Source: Anolis carolinensis (taxonomy: Eukaryota). From it: a stretch of 64,000 bases of DNA. Location of the stretch: NCBI RefSeq assembly GCF_035594765.1, contig NC_085841.1, positions 314,783,402-314,847,401 on the forward strand, written 5' to 3'. Made by a program: the position numbers and the translations under genes. Of the stretch, positions 1 to 12,497 are shown piece by piece. The notes under the pieces are model-generated. The model did no database searches and was not told where the DNA came from. It saw only the letters and a program-made list of their open reading frames with translations. Within the stretch, counting starts at the first letter, position 1; the number at the start of each line of letters is the position of its first letter.

Positions 1-835
1 TTTCACCTTTACCTTCATTTCCCTTTCTTCTTGATGAATTATTAACTGTCGTGCACAAAGTAAAACAAGAACATCCACCACAGTATACAATGTTATTTTT
101 AAAAGTAGGTATCTTGCTCATTAAGATATGTTCAAATTTAATATATGTTACCCTGATGAAAGGTTGTGAAACTGATTTCATGTGCCGAAATTCAGTCTTA
201 TTTCCCCCATGTACACCAAGAGAGCTATATTTTCTTCCCTGCCCTGTTTTGCCTCAGGCTCTTCAATGCATACAAAAGGCTCTGTGTCTGCTGCCCCTTG
301 GTGTCACATGCTTTCAGCCTGCCCTTAACAGAATCCAAACTAAATGCCATCCTTCTATAGCTAGAGAGAGACCTTGTTTGCATCTGACAATCAATCCCAA
401 ACAACAGTCCCGGGAGAAAACGACAACCCTACAGTCAGCTGAAATAATTGGCTTTCAGTAAGTAGGTCAAGTAGAAATGGAGGGGCACACCCACCACAAA
501 ATACAAAAAAGAAGGGGGTTCCTCCCTCTTTTCCCCTCCGTGCCTTTCAAAAAACTGGCAATATATATTTTTATTTCTGCACCACTTAGTGCAGTTTGGA
601 GAGTGGAAGGGGAATCTGACAGAAACAGCAATGGACTTTTTCATCAGTAAATTCAACTCTTACCTTTTGTTGTTCTCATAGGGAAAAAGGTGGGTTGTTT
701 TATTTTTAATCTCACACTGTTAACCAGTTCACTACTGGAAGGGTATTTGTGTGTGCACGCAGGAGGGGGGGAGGTTACACATGTGCACACATCAGTCCTA
801 AAGTTGCCTGTTGGCTTATATTTATGCCATTAATT

Positions 836-1271
836 TAATAATAATATACTTTATTTATATTCTGCTCTATCTCCCCAAGGGGACTCAGAGCGGATTACAG
901 GTACATATATGGCAAACATTCAATGCAGTTATACAATTGGCAAAGACAGACAGTACATAAAAAAAGGCCAGGCTTCCCTGTTTTAATCTCCGTGCTTGAC
1001 TCGGCAACGGGGAGGTGCTGTTGTTTCATTTTCCATGCCAACAAACCTGTCAGCCATGGACGCCTTTCCTGGTCGGATTTTCACCAGCATGTTTCTTCAG
1101 GGCACCTTTTATCTCTCCACCAAAGTGGTAGCTATTTATCTACTTACATTGTTGTTTTCAAACTGCTAGGTGAGCACAAGCTGGGCTGATGCCGACCCGG
1201 ACTTGAAATGCCAACCTTCTGGTCCACAGGCTCTTCTGTAGCTGGTGGTTTAACTGCTGTGCTAGCCCGGC
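836..1271 (-). mobile_element. tRNA-derived SINE with L2-like 3' tail (Anolis SINE2-like), degraded
   Basis: Reverse complement has a tRNA-like head (ccgggctagcacagcagttaaacc...ttcaagtccggg) and the 3' end gcattgaatgtttgcc...tgtaatccgctctgagtccccttggggagatagagcagaatataaataaa, the same tail as the copy at 36605-37062. Confidence 0.8.
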
Positions 1272-1682
1272 AAGGAATAATTATCCACACAAGATTAATA
1301 CTTTGGGAAAGTCACTCTCTTTCAATCTCAGAGGAATGCAAAAGTAACCCTCCTAAACAAATCTGATCATGAACATCCTGTGATGTATATGGTATAAAGG
1401 TTTGGGGTCACTATAATGTTAAGAAATCAGGCCCCCAAATTATAAAATGTGCAATGAAATGTATAAAAGCATGTAATAGAAGCTGTTGCTCTGCCAGACC
1501 CAGCTAGCACACACCTGTGAGGTGGTCATCATCCCAGAGTATCCATTGTGAACACTAATCCTATTGTGCTAAGCAGAACTGAGCATTTACGTCCATCAAA
1601 GACTCATTGCATATTGCTACCCTGCATTATTTTTGGATTGTGCTCATCTCAGAGGTGGACCATTAAATAGACCAACATTTCA

Positions 1683-2814
1683 TTTATATGAACAATTCAA
1701 AACAGATAGAAAATTAGGCTTTGTGGAGAAATAAACGTATTGGGATAAGGTAATGAAGCTGGAAAATAAAATTATAACAAAAATCTACAAGAAACTTTTA
1801 GAATAGGCAACAGAAACTGAATTAGTAAAAGAATGCATGATCAAATGGGCTAAAAATTTAGAAAAACTGATAAAATTAGATGAATGGGAGAAGGCATGGA
1901 ATTACCGATTAAAATTAACATATGCAACAGATATGAAAGAAAACTGGATTAAAATGTTTTATAGGTGGTACCTAACCCCACAAAAACCCTCAAAATATTT
2001 TTAAAATTCGTCCAACAGATGTTGGAAATGTGGGGTACATATAGGAACTTTCTTTCACAGCTGGTGGACCTGTGGGAAAGCCAAAATATTTTGGAAAGGT
2101 ATCCATTCAAAAATACAAAAGATGCTACAAATCAAAATTGAATTAAACCAGAAATATTTCCTTTTGGGCATGCTAGACATAGAAAATGACAAGAATAAGG
2201 AGGTCCTGTTTAATTATTTAGTAAGAGCAGCTAGGATGGTTTATGCGAAACAATGGAGGAAAGAAGGAATACCGGAAACCAGTGCTTGGATTAATAAAAT
2301 CTTAGAGATTAGGGATATGGATAGACTTTCTTACCTACTCACAAATAATTATAACAAACTGAGGAAACAGACTAATTGGGAGCCAATAATAAATTATTTT
2401 TAAAAAGAGAAATTTAAAATAGTAACTTGAGACTAGTAGGGAAGGAGGCTGAGAAAAAGAACTGTTCTGGACTATAAAGAATGGTGACGCCCGAAACAAT
2501 AAGGACAAAAGAGTATCAGATTGTAAAAGGAACTTTATTAAATACACCATACAAAGAGATGGAAGTCACTTTTTAAAACTTTATTGGTGCACAGGGGTGT
2601 ATCTTATTGTGTGTATATATTATCATGTTTTTTCTTTTCTTTTTCTATTTTTTTTTTTATTATTATTATAGCATAGGCAACTGTTTGTGTTGTTTGAGAT
2701 TTGTTCCCCTCCCCTTTTCTGTCAAACCTCATCCTTTTGTGTACACATTTATGGTCTTCTAGGTATCTGTCTATTGCTACCTTGTTCAAAATACTCAATA
2801 AAAACATTTTTAAA
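1683..2814 (+). mobile_element. 5'-truncated L1-clade LINE (ORF2 C-terminus, 3'UTR, A-rich tail)
   Basis: Translates to the L1 Cys-rich knuckle RCWKCGVHIGTFFHSWWTC and downstream ORF2 (2122-2403), with in-frame stops; AATAAA plus A-rich end. Perfect 18-bp TSD aaatagaccaacatttca at 1665-1682 and 2815-2832 at a TT/AAA site. Confidence 0.9.
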
Positions 2815-4316
2815 AAATAGACCAACATTTCAAATGCTCCAATGATAGTTTATTGAATTTCCCGCCACCACAAAGAGCAACCAGCAATGACGTCTGACAA
2901 AGTCCTGAGCCACTCAGGACGCGAATCCTAGCTGGATAGTTTTTCCAACTCATCAGGATCTGCACGAGTTTCTTGAATAGCTGTCAAATGAAATAAAAAT
3001 GCTCTGTATTTGCAATTGCAGTGTGCCAGTGCTTTCTCTGCTGGCATTCTCTCTGGCCACTGAGAATAAACCTCTGGTTTTGACTTCAACCTGTCTGTGT
3101 CCGATTTGGTCTTTTGGGAAGCTAGACATGCAGGGAGGCAGGGGCGGCTAAACCTGAAGTTTTAGTGGAGCTGAAATTACTCTAGTACAACTATCAAATG
3201 TCCTTAGTTTCATTGTATGCTGGAAATGACTTGAGTGCAAAGAAGAAGGTGCATGCTATCTTAGCAAACATGTTCCCAAGTGCACATAAATGTGAGGCAA
3301 CAATAAGGGGCTTCTTAACCTCTCTCCTGCTATACTTGCTTCCCTCTCCAGTCTACTAAAACCTCCCCACACCTATGGTTTCAGAGCTGGGTGCTTTCCA
3401 ACTTTAATGATTGGCTTAAAGGGAAAATGAAATCAGTGTCGGGAAAGGATCAAGCACCATCCTTTCCTCGACATTGTCTCACATTTCCCTGTTTGCATTG
3501 CAAAGTCAATATAGTTTTGTGAACTCTGTATTTGCTTGGCAGTGTGCAATTCCATTCTTTTTTGTGGTTGCACAAAGCAATGCTTCAGATAAGCACCATT
3601 CATTGTGATGGCCATGTACAAAAAGGCACTGTAGAGTAAGGGTAGCTACAGTAAGAAGCAAGAGGAAATGTCTCATCTCTTCATGACTCACTGTGTCTGC
3701 TGAATGTGTGAGTAGCTGTCTCCTTTGTATTTGAGCACCCTACCATTCCCAAATATATGAGAAGCAAACTTCTCAGGTGACTGCATTCATTCTTCAACTG
3801 TCCTAATAACAGTATTTGACATGTAGTTATATGAATTATGACAGCACCCAGAATAAGCCATTGTGTGCCAGCAATGACTCAGAAATGCATGCAAAGAAAG
3901 GGCTAGAATGAAACCAAATAGTTCTTTGTTTTGCACCCAAAGAATGAAGTCCATAAGGAGGTGGGGAGAGTCCCGCTGAATCAAACCAAAGGCGAACACA
4001 ACCCTGTTTCCTACAGTGGCCAATCACATGCCTCCAAGAATGCCGCAAGACAGACCATGAAGATAATTCAATAAAGCCTGGATGAAGAAGCTTTGAATCT
4101 CCAGGTGTTTTCATTCAAAACTCTGACAACCCCTTATCACTGGCTGTACTAAGCAGGGCTGATATTGGCTCAAACATTTGGATGGCCAAGGATTCCACAT
4201 TTCTCCTGCAAAATTTTTACTAATAAATAAAATATTACTAAAATCTATATATTCATCTCATTATTAACTGTGTTTATTGAAGCTTATTTCCAAACTGGAA
4301 CAGTAGGATGGAACAA

Positions 4317-4483
4317 GGTTGCCAGAGTAAAACCTAGAAAGGGCTCCTGTACCTTTAATGGTTGTGTAAAAACAGGAGTTTCAGCAGGGGCTGCTTGTTA
4401 CCTGGCTGCATAACAAGCAATTCCCCCTTCCATATAACCATTAAAAGCAAAGGAGTCCTCCCCCATTTTCAGCCTGGTAACTC
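4317..4483. mobile_element. Palindromic MITE (ggttgccag...ctggtaac)
   Basis: Imperfect inverted arms (ctcctgtacctttaatggttgtgt / atataaccattaaaagcaaaggag); related copy at ~35730-35895. Confidence 0.55.
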
Positions 4484-4521
4484 AAGATGTGGATAGGCTC
4501 TCAAGCTCAGGAATACTAGTA

Positions 4522-4883
4522 CTGTAATTCCTTCACATTTGTGGTTTTGATTTTTTGCAGATTTTGATTACCCATGGCTTTGAATTACAATGTTCTCTCT
4601 AGGAATCTCTAGGTCCCCCAGTGTGATTATATGGTCAGCTTCCTCCAGTCATGCTGGCATATTTACAAATTTCTAGAAAGAGAATACCTCTGTAGGAATC
4701 CCATGATTCTCCAATGTGATTGTGTGATCAGCTTCCAGTGGAAATTGACCACATAATTGTGTTGGAAGACTTAGAAAAATCTCAGGGAGGTGTTCTCTTA
4801 AGTTTAAAACTTTTTTGTATTTGTGGGTTTTCACTTTCACAGGGGTCCTGTCCCTAACCTTAGTGAACATAGAGCGCTGACTG
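4522..4883. mobile_element. Tc1/mariner (Tigger-like) non-autonomous element
   Basis: TA-flanked ends and internal ctaggaatctctaggtcc repeats. Same family, opposite orientation, as 37844-44917. Confidence 0.65.
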
Positions 4884-5418
4884 TACCACTCTTTGGCACT
4901 GTGATGGTGGGACTGCTGGCCTGATCTATGCAATAGAATTGTACAAGTAAGAGTCAGTGTGGAAGCAAGTCATAATTCAGCTTCTTCAGAATCTTTTCCC
5001 CCACTAATTCTTCTGTGGAAGTGTCTGCAAATGTTTTCTTTCCCTCTAGTGAAAAGGGGATGTTATCATCTGCTGTAAAGCCACTTTGTTCTTCCTTGTT
5101 CTCTTCCACGTACATATGTAACGATGGGGGTGGCCCTGCTTTCCTGTTGACTTGGGCAGGAAGCCAATCACCACTTCCCATCTTACAGCAGGACCCCTGT
5201 AAATGGAGACTGCAGTGATGAAGAAGGGGTAGCATTAATGCCATATTAAAATTACACCCCAATGGGGATACCAAATCTCAGGGTATAATCTCACCATCAG
5301 GTTATGTTTATAAATTGCATTTTCACCAGAAAATCTTCATGTGGGAGATGAAGGTGCAAAATCTAAAGTTGTGATATGCTCTGCTCCAAGCTGTGTACAA
5401 ACCTTCAGTGAACCTAGC

Positions 5419-6590
5419 TGTTAACAAACAATTAGAGCAGCATTGAGATAGTGAGATCCAAGCTGTGAGTTAAGCCTAGTGAGAAAAAGAAGCCCATAAT
5501 TTCCAGAATATAACTCACCAAATTGAAGCAGAAGCCACTGAGAAATATTATTTAATTTCAGCCTGCGCTAGTTCATCAAAAATAGACTGAGATACATAAC
5601 ATAGCAAAGCATGCACTTTTATACAGTTTTCAGATTCAAAATTCCCACCGCCCCTGGCTGGACACAGCCTTGCTGTGATTGGCAGGGGCTCTCTGGAGAG
5701 GTGGGAGCTTGACATGCCTCGGCCAATGAGAGAGTGCCGCTTGCCTTCGATGCAAATTCTCCCTCTGTCCAAAGAGGGGCTGGCAGATCTCTGAACAATG
5801 GAGGAGGCTATGGCTAATGATGGGATTAAATATCTTGCTGTGTGGGGACAATAACCCTGTTGAAACTCTTATTGTCCTTTTGCATGTATAGTCTCTGATG
5901 AAGCCCAGTGTCCCCAAACACTAAAAACTCCCAGATAAATCCAACAGAAAATATTTGTCTAATGGCTGGATTATGACTGGCCCTTCCTGGGCCCATTGTC
6001 AGATAGTCTAGCAAGAGCGCCAGGGCCCTACAAGCTGGACCTATCTATTGATAAACTGATTGAAATAACAAGTCCCTTGGATGGGAGTCTGACACCTGAA
6101 TGTCAGTTCTATTGTCAAAAGAGCAGCAGCATCAGCATCTTGATGGGATTAAAAATGATTCAGAGACTGAGGAAGGAAGATGGCTTTGTCTTGACAGCTG
6201 TGGCTTACCCTTACCTCCCCGCGGAGGAGGTAAGCCATTTAAGTGAATGATTGGAATGTCCAAAGGTTTCTTCTTTCTCAAATGGCCGGGCATCGCCCTC
6301 CAAGGTTTGAGAAGAAGTCCATTGTTTTATTTCCAGGGGATGATCATGGTAATCCATATTTGTAGTATATGGCCTGAGGCAACCTGGTGATGCTCAGGTC
6401 AGGATGGTGTGCTGGTCAAGAGTTCACATCAGGGTCACAGTGCTTCTTTTTATAAGAAGAAAGATATCATAAAGTATAATAATAAAAATAAAATAAAATA
6501 AGATAGGAAACATGTGGGAGTCACAATGAGGGAGAAACACGAGATCCAGCATCTCCATCTGTTGGGAGACAGATGCAGGTAGTTCCATGA
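5419..6590 (-). mobile_element. Probable ERV solo LTR (older relative of the 38-44 kb LTR); boundaries approximate
   Basis: The minus strand reads CCAAT boxes, then ggggcggtgggaattttgaatctgaaaactgtataaaa, which parallels gcggggcgggaaattcaa...ctgaaacactgtataaa in the 38117 LTR. Left end begins tgtta; right end is uncertain. Confidence 0.45.
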
Positions 6591-7329
6591 GGAGTTCAAA
6601 GGGCTTCGATTTCCTTTGTGTTTCTCATGGGGAGAAAATAGAGGAATCCCAGAGGTTCTCCAGCAGCCCAGCAGGCAAAAGGGCTTTTTGGGGTTCCCCT
6701 AGAACTGGGAGACAGCGCAAGGGATACAAAGGGGTTCATGCAAACGATGACTTCGGTAAAAGCAAATTTATTTGGACAAACCAAGATTTCTCTGGCTTGT
6801 TCCAAATTAATTTGAGACCCCATTAGATCTAGGCCTACCCTTTAACCAGCTTTAACTAGTCTGCCAATTACTAATATTATTCGACAAAGGTGACTTGGGT
6901 ATATTGCTCCAAGCATTGTTTAACTCAAAGCTGCAATGTTACAAAGTACTACATGTAGAATTTTCTTAAATGTGTTATTAAAAGTTACAGATAGTGTGGG
7001 ATGCCCCAGGCCTATAAGCATCAGTTTAAATGAAAGTAGTTTGAGCATAAAGTCTAACATGAATAGCCACTAGCTTGTTTAAATGAAAATTTGGAGTAGT
7101 GAGATAGTTGAAAATACATAATTAGAATAAGCTCCACATCAACCACTAGGGCATAAATATGTAAGATCCAATGTGGTTTGAGTTGTGTTGGGCTAGATTG
7201 AGAAGCCACCATTGTTGTGTTAACCATGCCACTGGTTGGAACCCTCACTCTGTGAAGACTGTGTGTTGATTGGCTGTGCACCGACCTCCACACATTAACA
7301 AAAACTCATGCACAGCCCTCTTCCAAGAA

Positions 7330-7372
7330 CTTGGAAGGCCATCATACTCAGATAATGAGGGATCGCCTAAGT
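7330..7372 (+). mobile_element. Extreme 3' end of an RTE-like LINE (gagggatcgcctaagt)
   Basis: Same terminus as the reverse copy at 59079-59127, which carries a (TAAG)n tail. Confidence 0.5.
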
Positions 7373-7374
7373 TG

Positions 7375-7545
7375 AGCTAGGACTCTGGGAGATTTGGGTT
7401 CAAATACCCACTCGGCCATAAAAACCCATTATGTGTCTTTGAGCAAGTCACACTCTCTTAAGGAGAAGGCAAAAGCAAGAAACCCCTATTATAGAATTAT
7501 CATAAATTGGAGTCAATGTGAAGGCTCATAACACAACAACAACCA
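7375..7545 (+). mobile_element. MIR/CORE-like SINE remnant
   Basis: gactctgggagatttgggttcaaatacccactcggccat...ttgagcaagtcacactctct; similar remnants at ~1290-1420, 15080-15200, 18160-18330, 18510-18640, 32770-32970 and 48330-48520. Confidence 0.55.
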
Positions 7546-8342
7546 TCTTGGAACAACAATAGCCCAGGAGATGAAAGGCCAATCCATTTATCTTTTGGGA
7601 GGATGGTTAGAGGGATGGATTGGCTGATCCTCCATGAGGTCCTCTATAGCTATGGGACTGGAAACTTTAAAGTTTTAGGTGAGCTATAAGAACATCTTAT
7701 GACATATATACTACCACTCTGGGTAGAGATATTTGCTCCACTGTGGTTGGTCTGAACATAACATTTAGTACGAAGTGGTGCCCACTGTGTATATCTTCTC
7801 CTGTTATTAGACATGCTTTGACTATTCTTAATTTTAGGCATATGCCGAAGGAACTTCTATCATGCAAGCCATCTCAATGTAGTTTAGCTTACCATGCATT
7901 GTTCTGTATACAGTTATGTCGGAGCATTGATTATGTATTGTTTTTACTGTTATATATATGCATTATCTCTGAAATTTGGTGATGTATCAGAATCTAGAAC
8001 ATGTAATATTATGTGAAAACATGAGCAAATCATTGGAAGCATCAAACATTCATAAAAGTTACCAGATAGTTTGTTAACGTGTTTTAAATGAGAAATGATA
8101 GCTAAAGAAATGTTAGCTAAATTCTAGGGGGAAAAAGTTATGTTACAGTATTTCATAATATCTTTAGAGTTGTACACAATGAAGCTAGATGTTTTCTCTG
8201 TTTTTTACTCCTTTTGAAACTGAAGTCTGTAGAATTTTAAAAATATTCTCACATTTAAAAATGAAAGACATGGAAAAATTGGACAGAGAAACTACATGGT
8301 TTCCTCACCCCCACATTACAGCAAAACTCAGTAACAATGTCT

Positions 8343-8501
8343 GTGTCTACATTGTAGAATTAATGCAGTTTGACACCACTTTAACTGCCATGGCAACATG
8401 CTAGGAAATCATGGGACTTACGGTTTTGCAAGATCTTTAGGCTTCCCTAAACTGCAACTTCCAGGATTCCATAGCTTCAAGCCGTGGTAATTAAAGTGGT
8501 G
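8343..8501. mobile_element. PIF/Harbinger-like palindromic MITE (tgtagaattaatgcagtttgacaccactttaactgccatgg family)
   Basis: Hairpin-type repeat recurring at 22200-22340, 30879-31534, 32100-32313, 46218-46431 and 53527-53737. Confidence 0.7.
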
Positions 8502-8512
8502 AAGAGTTGCCG

Positions 8513-8647
8513 CAGTGGCTCTCAACCTGGGATCCCCAGATGTTTTTGGCCTTCAGCTCCCAGGAATTTTAATAGCTGGTAAGTTGGCTGGAATTTCTGG
8601 GAATTGTAGGCCAAAAACATCTGTGGATCCCAGGTTGAGGACCACTG
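8513..8647. mobile_element. hAT MITE
   Basis: TIRs cagtggctctcaacctggg / cccaggttgaggaccactg; same family as 57678-57811. Confidence 0.85.
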
Positions 8648-10819
8648 TGTTAAGGGCACACTATTAAGGCTGGCTGTTTTCCTGATCAGCTGGCAAACCT
8701 GTAAGTGGGTTTAATTCAGTAACCAAAAAAAGAGAGAGTCTAGCCCACAGAACTAGGGGAAGCTCTTGTTATCCTCCCTATCTTTACTGGGAGAGAAGGT
8801 ACTGAACCATGTATAAGGAGATCTAAGAAGGGCATGAGGTTGCCTGTAGAAAAGAAACTGCTCAACACATAATAATCTTGTATTGAGAAGTAAATAAATA
8901 AATACATGGACTCTTTGTTGTGGCAGTTCCTCTGATGTGTAAAACATAATGTTTGCAAATCATAAGTTCTAAGTGTGGGCTTGATTTCAACGGTCTTGTT
9001 TCCTGTGCTGGCGATGGTTTAATTCACTGGCAGCGCAAAGTCCTCCTTCATCTTGCCAAAAACTGATTAAGTAGCCGAATGCAGGTTCAGCAGTTTCCTG
9101 TATATTTAAAAGAAATGACAGAGGTGCTCATGCAGTTATATGGCTTGATTATTCCTTTAAACATCGTGTTTTATCCATCCATTTCCATTCCCTTCACAGA
9201 AACAAAACAAAACAAAATGCTCCTAGCTATGTCACAAACGATTCCAGACGAATCACCAGCTTTGTCCCTTCCAAGATACCTCTTCAAATATATTTATGTC
9301 AAATATACACATTGCTTATGACACTTTGGGTCCCACAAGTTGTTTCCCCTATGCCATTAAACAGTCTTCTGAAAGTAGTCTTCCAGGAGTTCCCTTTGGG
9401 CAACACATCTGAATTGCGAAGGCATGCAACAGGTGTTCTGGGTGGCCACTCCCCAGCTTTGGCATTTCCTTCCAACCTCCAGAAAACCTAGAGTCTAAAG
9501 AGAAACTTTAGATTACAAGAGCAAGGACACAAAGGACATATGCAGTGCAGTCATATACTTGTTACTCAGAAGGAAGTCCTGCTGTATTCAATGGAGCTCA
9601 CTCTGAGTATGTACAGTATTACAGCCCAGTTCTCTTTATGCTTACCCAATGTATGTGTTTCCTTTCTCTGCTCCATGCAGTGAGGGCCATGTGAGTAGAA
9701 CTATGTTTGCTGCCCTTATTTCTAAGAATGCCTTAGACTGGGTTTTCCTGTTCATGAAAAGAGACAATCCCATCATGGTTCAGTACAAATATGATATAGT
9801 GCAATAAACCCCAACCAAATGACCTTTTCCCCTGCCATAATGTGCCATATGCTTGAAGTGACTGGCTTGAAGGAGCTGGGGGTGAAATCGAGCTAGAATT
9901 TGGAGGTTCTCTCCCAATAGAGAGAGAGACCTGAGACCCCCCAAAACAGGGTTCGTTACCTCTGGCGAGAAGGAGAGAGCCACTAGAATCAGAATTTCCA
10001 AGTTCCCAAATAAATCTCACCATAGGCTGAAGAAAGAGCACCGAAATGTTTAATGCGATACAGCTGGAAAGGATGTCAACCACAATCATTCGTCAAGAGG
10101 ACATAGCATACAACAGAATACAGCACACTTTATAGCAAAGAAATGGGGTGGCTAGGTTTGAATTTCCCGCTCCGCTTCCCTCAGCTGGCTTCATACCGAT
10201 TGGTTGTCATAATCAGCTGGAAGAGAGGCGCGAACGCCTCACCCAACCAGTGAGCCAGCAGCGCTTCGGCTTCTCAGCCAATCAGGAGCGAGGGGGCGGT
10301 CTGAGCCATGGACAAAGGGCTGCTGAGTGGATTTGTGAATGAATCAATGGGCCTTAGTATGTACTTGAGGGGTGCCGATTACTTAAGAGTCCTCAAGGCA
10401 CCCAAGGATTATTTCCCGGAATGAATATATATATATTGGATCTGACGTGGCTATCAAAATCCGGTTTTTCTAAAGGCTGGATATGGGGACAGATGGGTGC
10501 TTTGTCAGTGGTTTCGGTCGGGTTCATTGACAAAAAGGGAAAAACAGTTGGGGTGATCTTGGCTTTCCAAAGGCCAATTGTCCCAGATCTGAATATGACA
10601 AGAAGACCAGGTGGTCAATTTCCCCTCAAGCGGCCTTGCTCTGAGACTCAAGGGAAAAGACCAGTGTCCATTGTTCATGCAAAGTATTTTGATTGAGTCC
10701 TTTTGTGAGGGGATTATTCCCCCCTCGAGAATGAGGGGAACTTCCTTGCAACCAAGTCACACAGAGGTGGCTCTTAACATTTCATGGTTCGTATATGAGG
10801 AATAAGGGGAAAGGACACA

Positions 10820-10820
<1 letters not shown>

Positions 10821-10872
<52 letters not shown>

Positions 10873-12487
10873 CTTTATTTATACCCCGCCACCATCTCCC
10901 CAACGGGGACTCGGGGCGGCTTACATGGGGCCATGCCCAAAACAATACAATGTAAACAGCATATAAAAGAACAGCACAACACAATACAATAAGCAATACA
11001 GTAAATAATATCAATTACAAAATAAAACAAGGAGACAATGAAAACAAGGGCAGACCACATGAACATTAAGTTAAAACTCGGGGTGAGAAAGACATAAAAA
11101 TAAAAACCACATCAAACAGGGTCATAAGGAAGTGGGGTATTCTGCAGGATAGATATTAGAGGGAGCAACGGAAAAGAAATATAAAATGGTTACTCTCCAA
11201 AAGCACAGCGAAAGAGCCATGTTTTCAAGTCTTTCTTGAAGGCTGCTAGTGTGGGGGCTTGCCTAATCTCAGCAGGCAGAGAATTCGACAATCGGGGGGC
11301 CACAGCAGAAAAGGCCCTCTCTCTTGTTCCCACAAGGCGGGTCTGGGATATCGGGAGTGGGGACAGGAGAGCCTCCCCTGATGAACGAAGGGATCGTGTA
11401 GGTTTGTGATAGGAGATACGGTCACGAAGGTAGGTGGGTCCCAAACCGTTTAGGGCTTTATATGTGATGGTATACACCTTGAATTGGGACCGGAAAATAA
11501 AAGGCAGCCAGTGGAGCTCCTTGAACAGGGGAGTAGATCTCTCCCTGTAACTCGCTCCCATAATTAACCTGGCAGCCGAGCGCTGGACCAATTGTAGTTT
11601 CCGGGCCGTCTTCAAGGGAAGCCCCACGTAGAGTGCATTACAGTAGTCCAGTCTAGAGGTAACTAAGGCATGCACCACCGTGGTCAAGTCAGACTTCACG
11701 AGGTATGGTCGCAGTTGGCGCACAAGTTTGAGTTGTGCGAAGGCCCTCCTGGCCACCGCCGACACCTGCGCCTCAAGCGTCAGCGCTGAGTCCAGGAGGA
11801 CCCCCAAACTGCGGACCTGTGATTTCAGGGGAAGTGCAACCCCGTCCAGCACAGGTTCCCACCCAATACCCCGATCCGACGCGCGACTGACCAGGAGGGC
11901 CTCTGTCTTGTCAGGATTGATCCTCAGTTTGTTCCTCCTCATCCAGTCCGCCACAGCGGCCAGGCACTGGTTCAGCATCCGAGGGGCTTCCTTGGATTCA
12001 GAAGGAAACGAGTAGTGGATTTGCGTGTCATCTGCGTAGAGATGGCAACGCCCTCCAAAACTCCGGATGACCTCTCCCAGCGGTTTCATGTAGATGTTGA
12101 ATAGCATGGGGGATAGGATAGACCTTTGCGGGACCCCACAGGTCAATGGCCAGGGGTCCGAGCAGGTGTCCCCCAGCTTCACCATCTGGGAACGACCCTC
12201 CAGGAAGGACTGGAGCCACAGCAGAACCGTGCCACCGAGCCCCATCCCAGAGAGCCGTCCCAGAAAGATACCATGGTCGATGGTATCGAAAGCCGCTGAG
12301 ATGTCCAAGAGAACCAGCAGGGTCACACTCCCCCTGTCCAGCTCCCTGCGGAGGTCATCCAGCAAGGCGACCAAAGCCGTCTCGGTGCTGTACCCAGGCC
12401 TGAAGCCAGACTGCGAGCGGTCCAGAAAATCAGTGTCATCGAGGAACTCCTGGAGCTGCGTGGCAACCACCCACTCCAGAACCTTAT
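10821..12487 (-). mobile_element. Young 5'-truncated L2 LINE
   Basis: RT ORF, then 3'UTR, then the tail tgtaagccgccccgagtccccgttggggagatggtggcggggtataaataaag and (ATT)n (10821-10868). Confidence 0.95.
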
Positions 12488-12497
12488 AGGGATACAT
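11190..12497 (-). CDS. L2 ORF2 reverse transcriptase plus C-terminal domain (5'-truncated; first ~3 codons come from the flank)
   Basis: Motifs QSGFRPGYSTETAL, LLDISAAFDTIDH, GVPQ(R)SILSP, LYADDTQ, SRLDYCNALY, LHWLP; 435 codons without a stop. Confidence 0.93.
   Translation of the reverse strand: MYPYKVLEWVVATQLQEFLDDTDFLDRSQSGFRPGYSTETALVALLDDLRRELDRGSVTLLVLLDISAAFDTIDHGIFLGRLSGMGLGGTVLLWLQSFLEGRSQMVKLGDTCSDPWPLTCGVPQRSILSPMLFNIYMKPLGEVIRSFGGRCHLYADDTQIHYSFPSESKEAPRMLNQCLAAVADWMRRNKLRINPDKTEALLVSRASDRGIGWEPVLDGVALPLKSQVRSLGVLLDSALTLEAQVSAVARRAFAQLKLVRQLRPYLVKSDLTTVVHALVTSRLDYCNALYVGLPLKTARKLQLVQRSAARLIMGASYRERSTPLFKELHWLPFIFRSQFKVYTITYKALNGLGPTYLRDRISYHKPTRSLRSSGEALLSPLPISQTRLVGTRERAFSAVAPRLSNSLPAEIRQAPTLAAFKKDLKTWLFRCAFGE

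Noticed and set aside
10148-10330. CpG-rich CCAAT/GC-box cluster resembling a host gene promoter
   Set aside because: It lies within an ERV-like solo LTR and parallels the 38 kb LTR promoter.
11680-12489. Several plus-strand ORFs over the L2
   Set aside because: Antisense shadows of the GC-rich RT frame.
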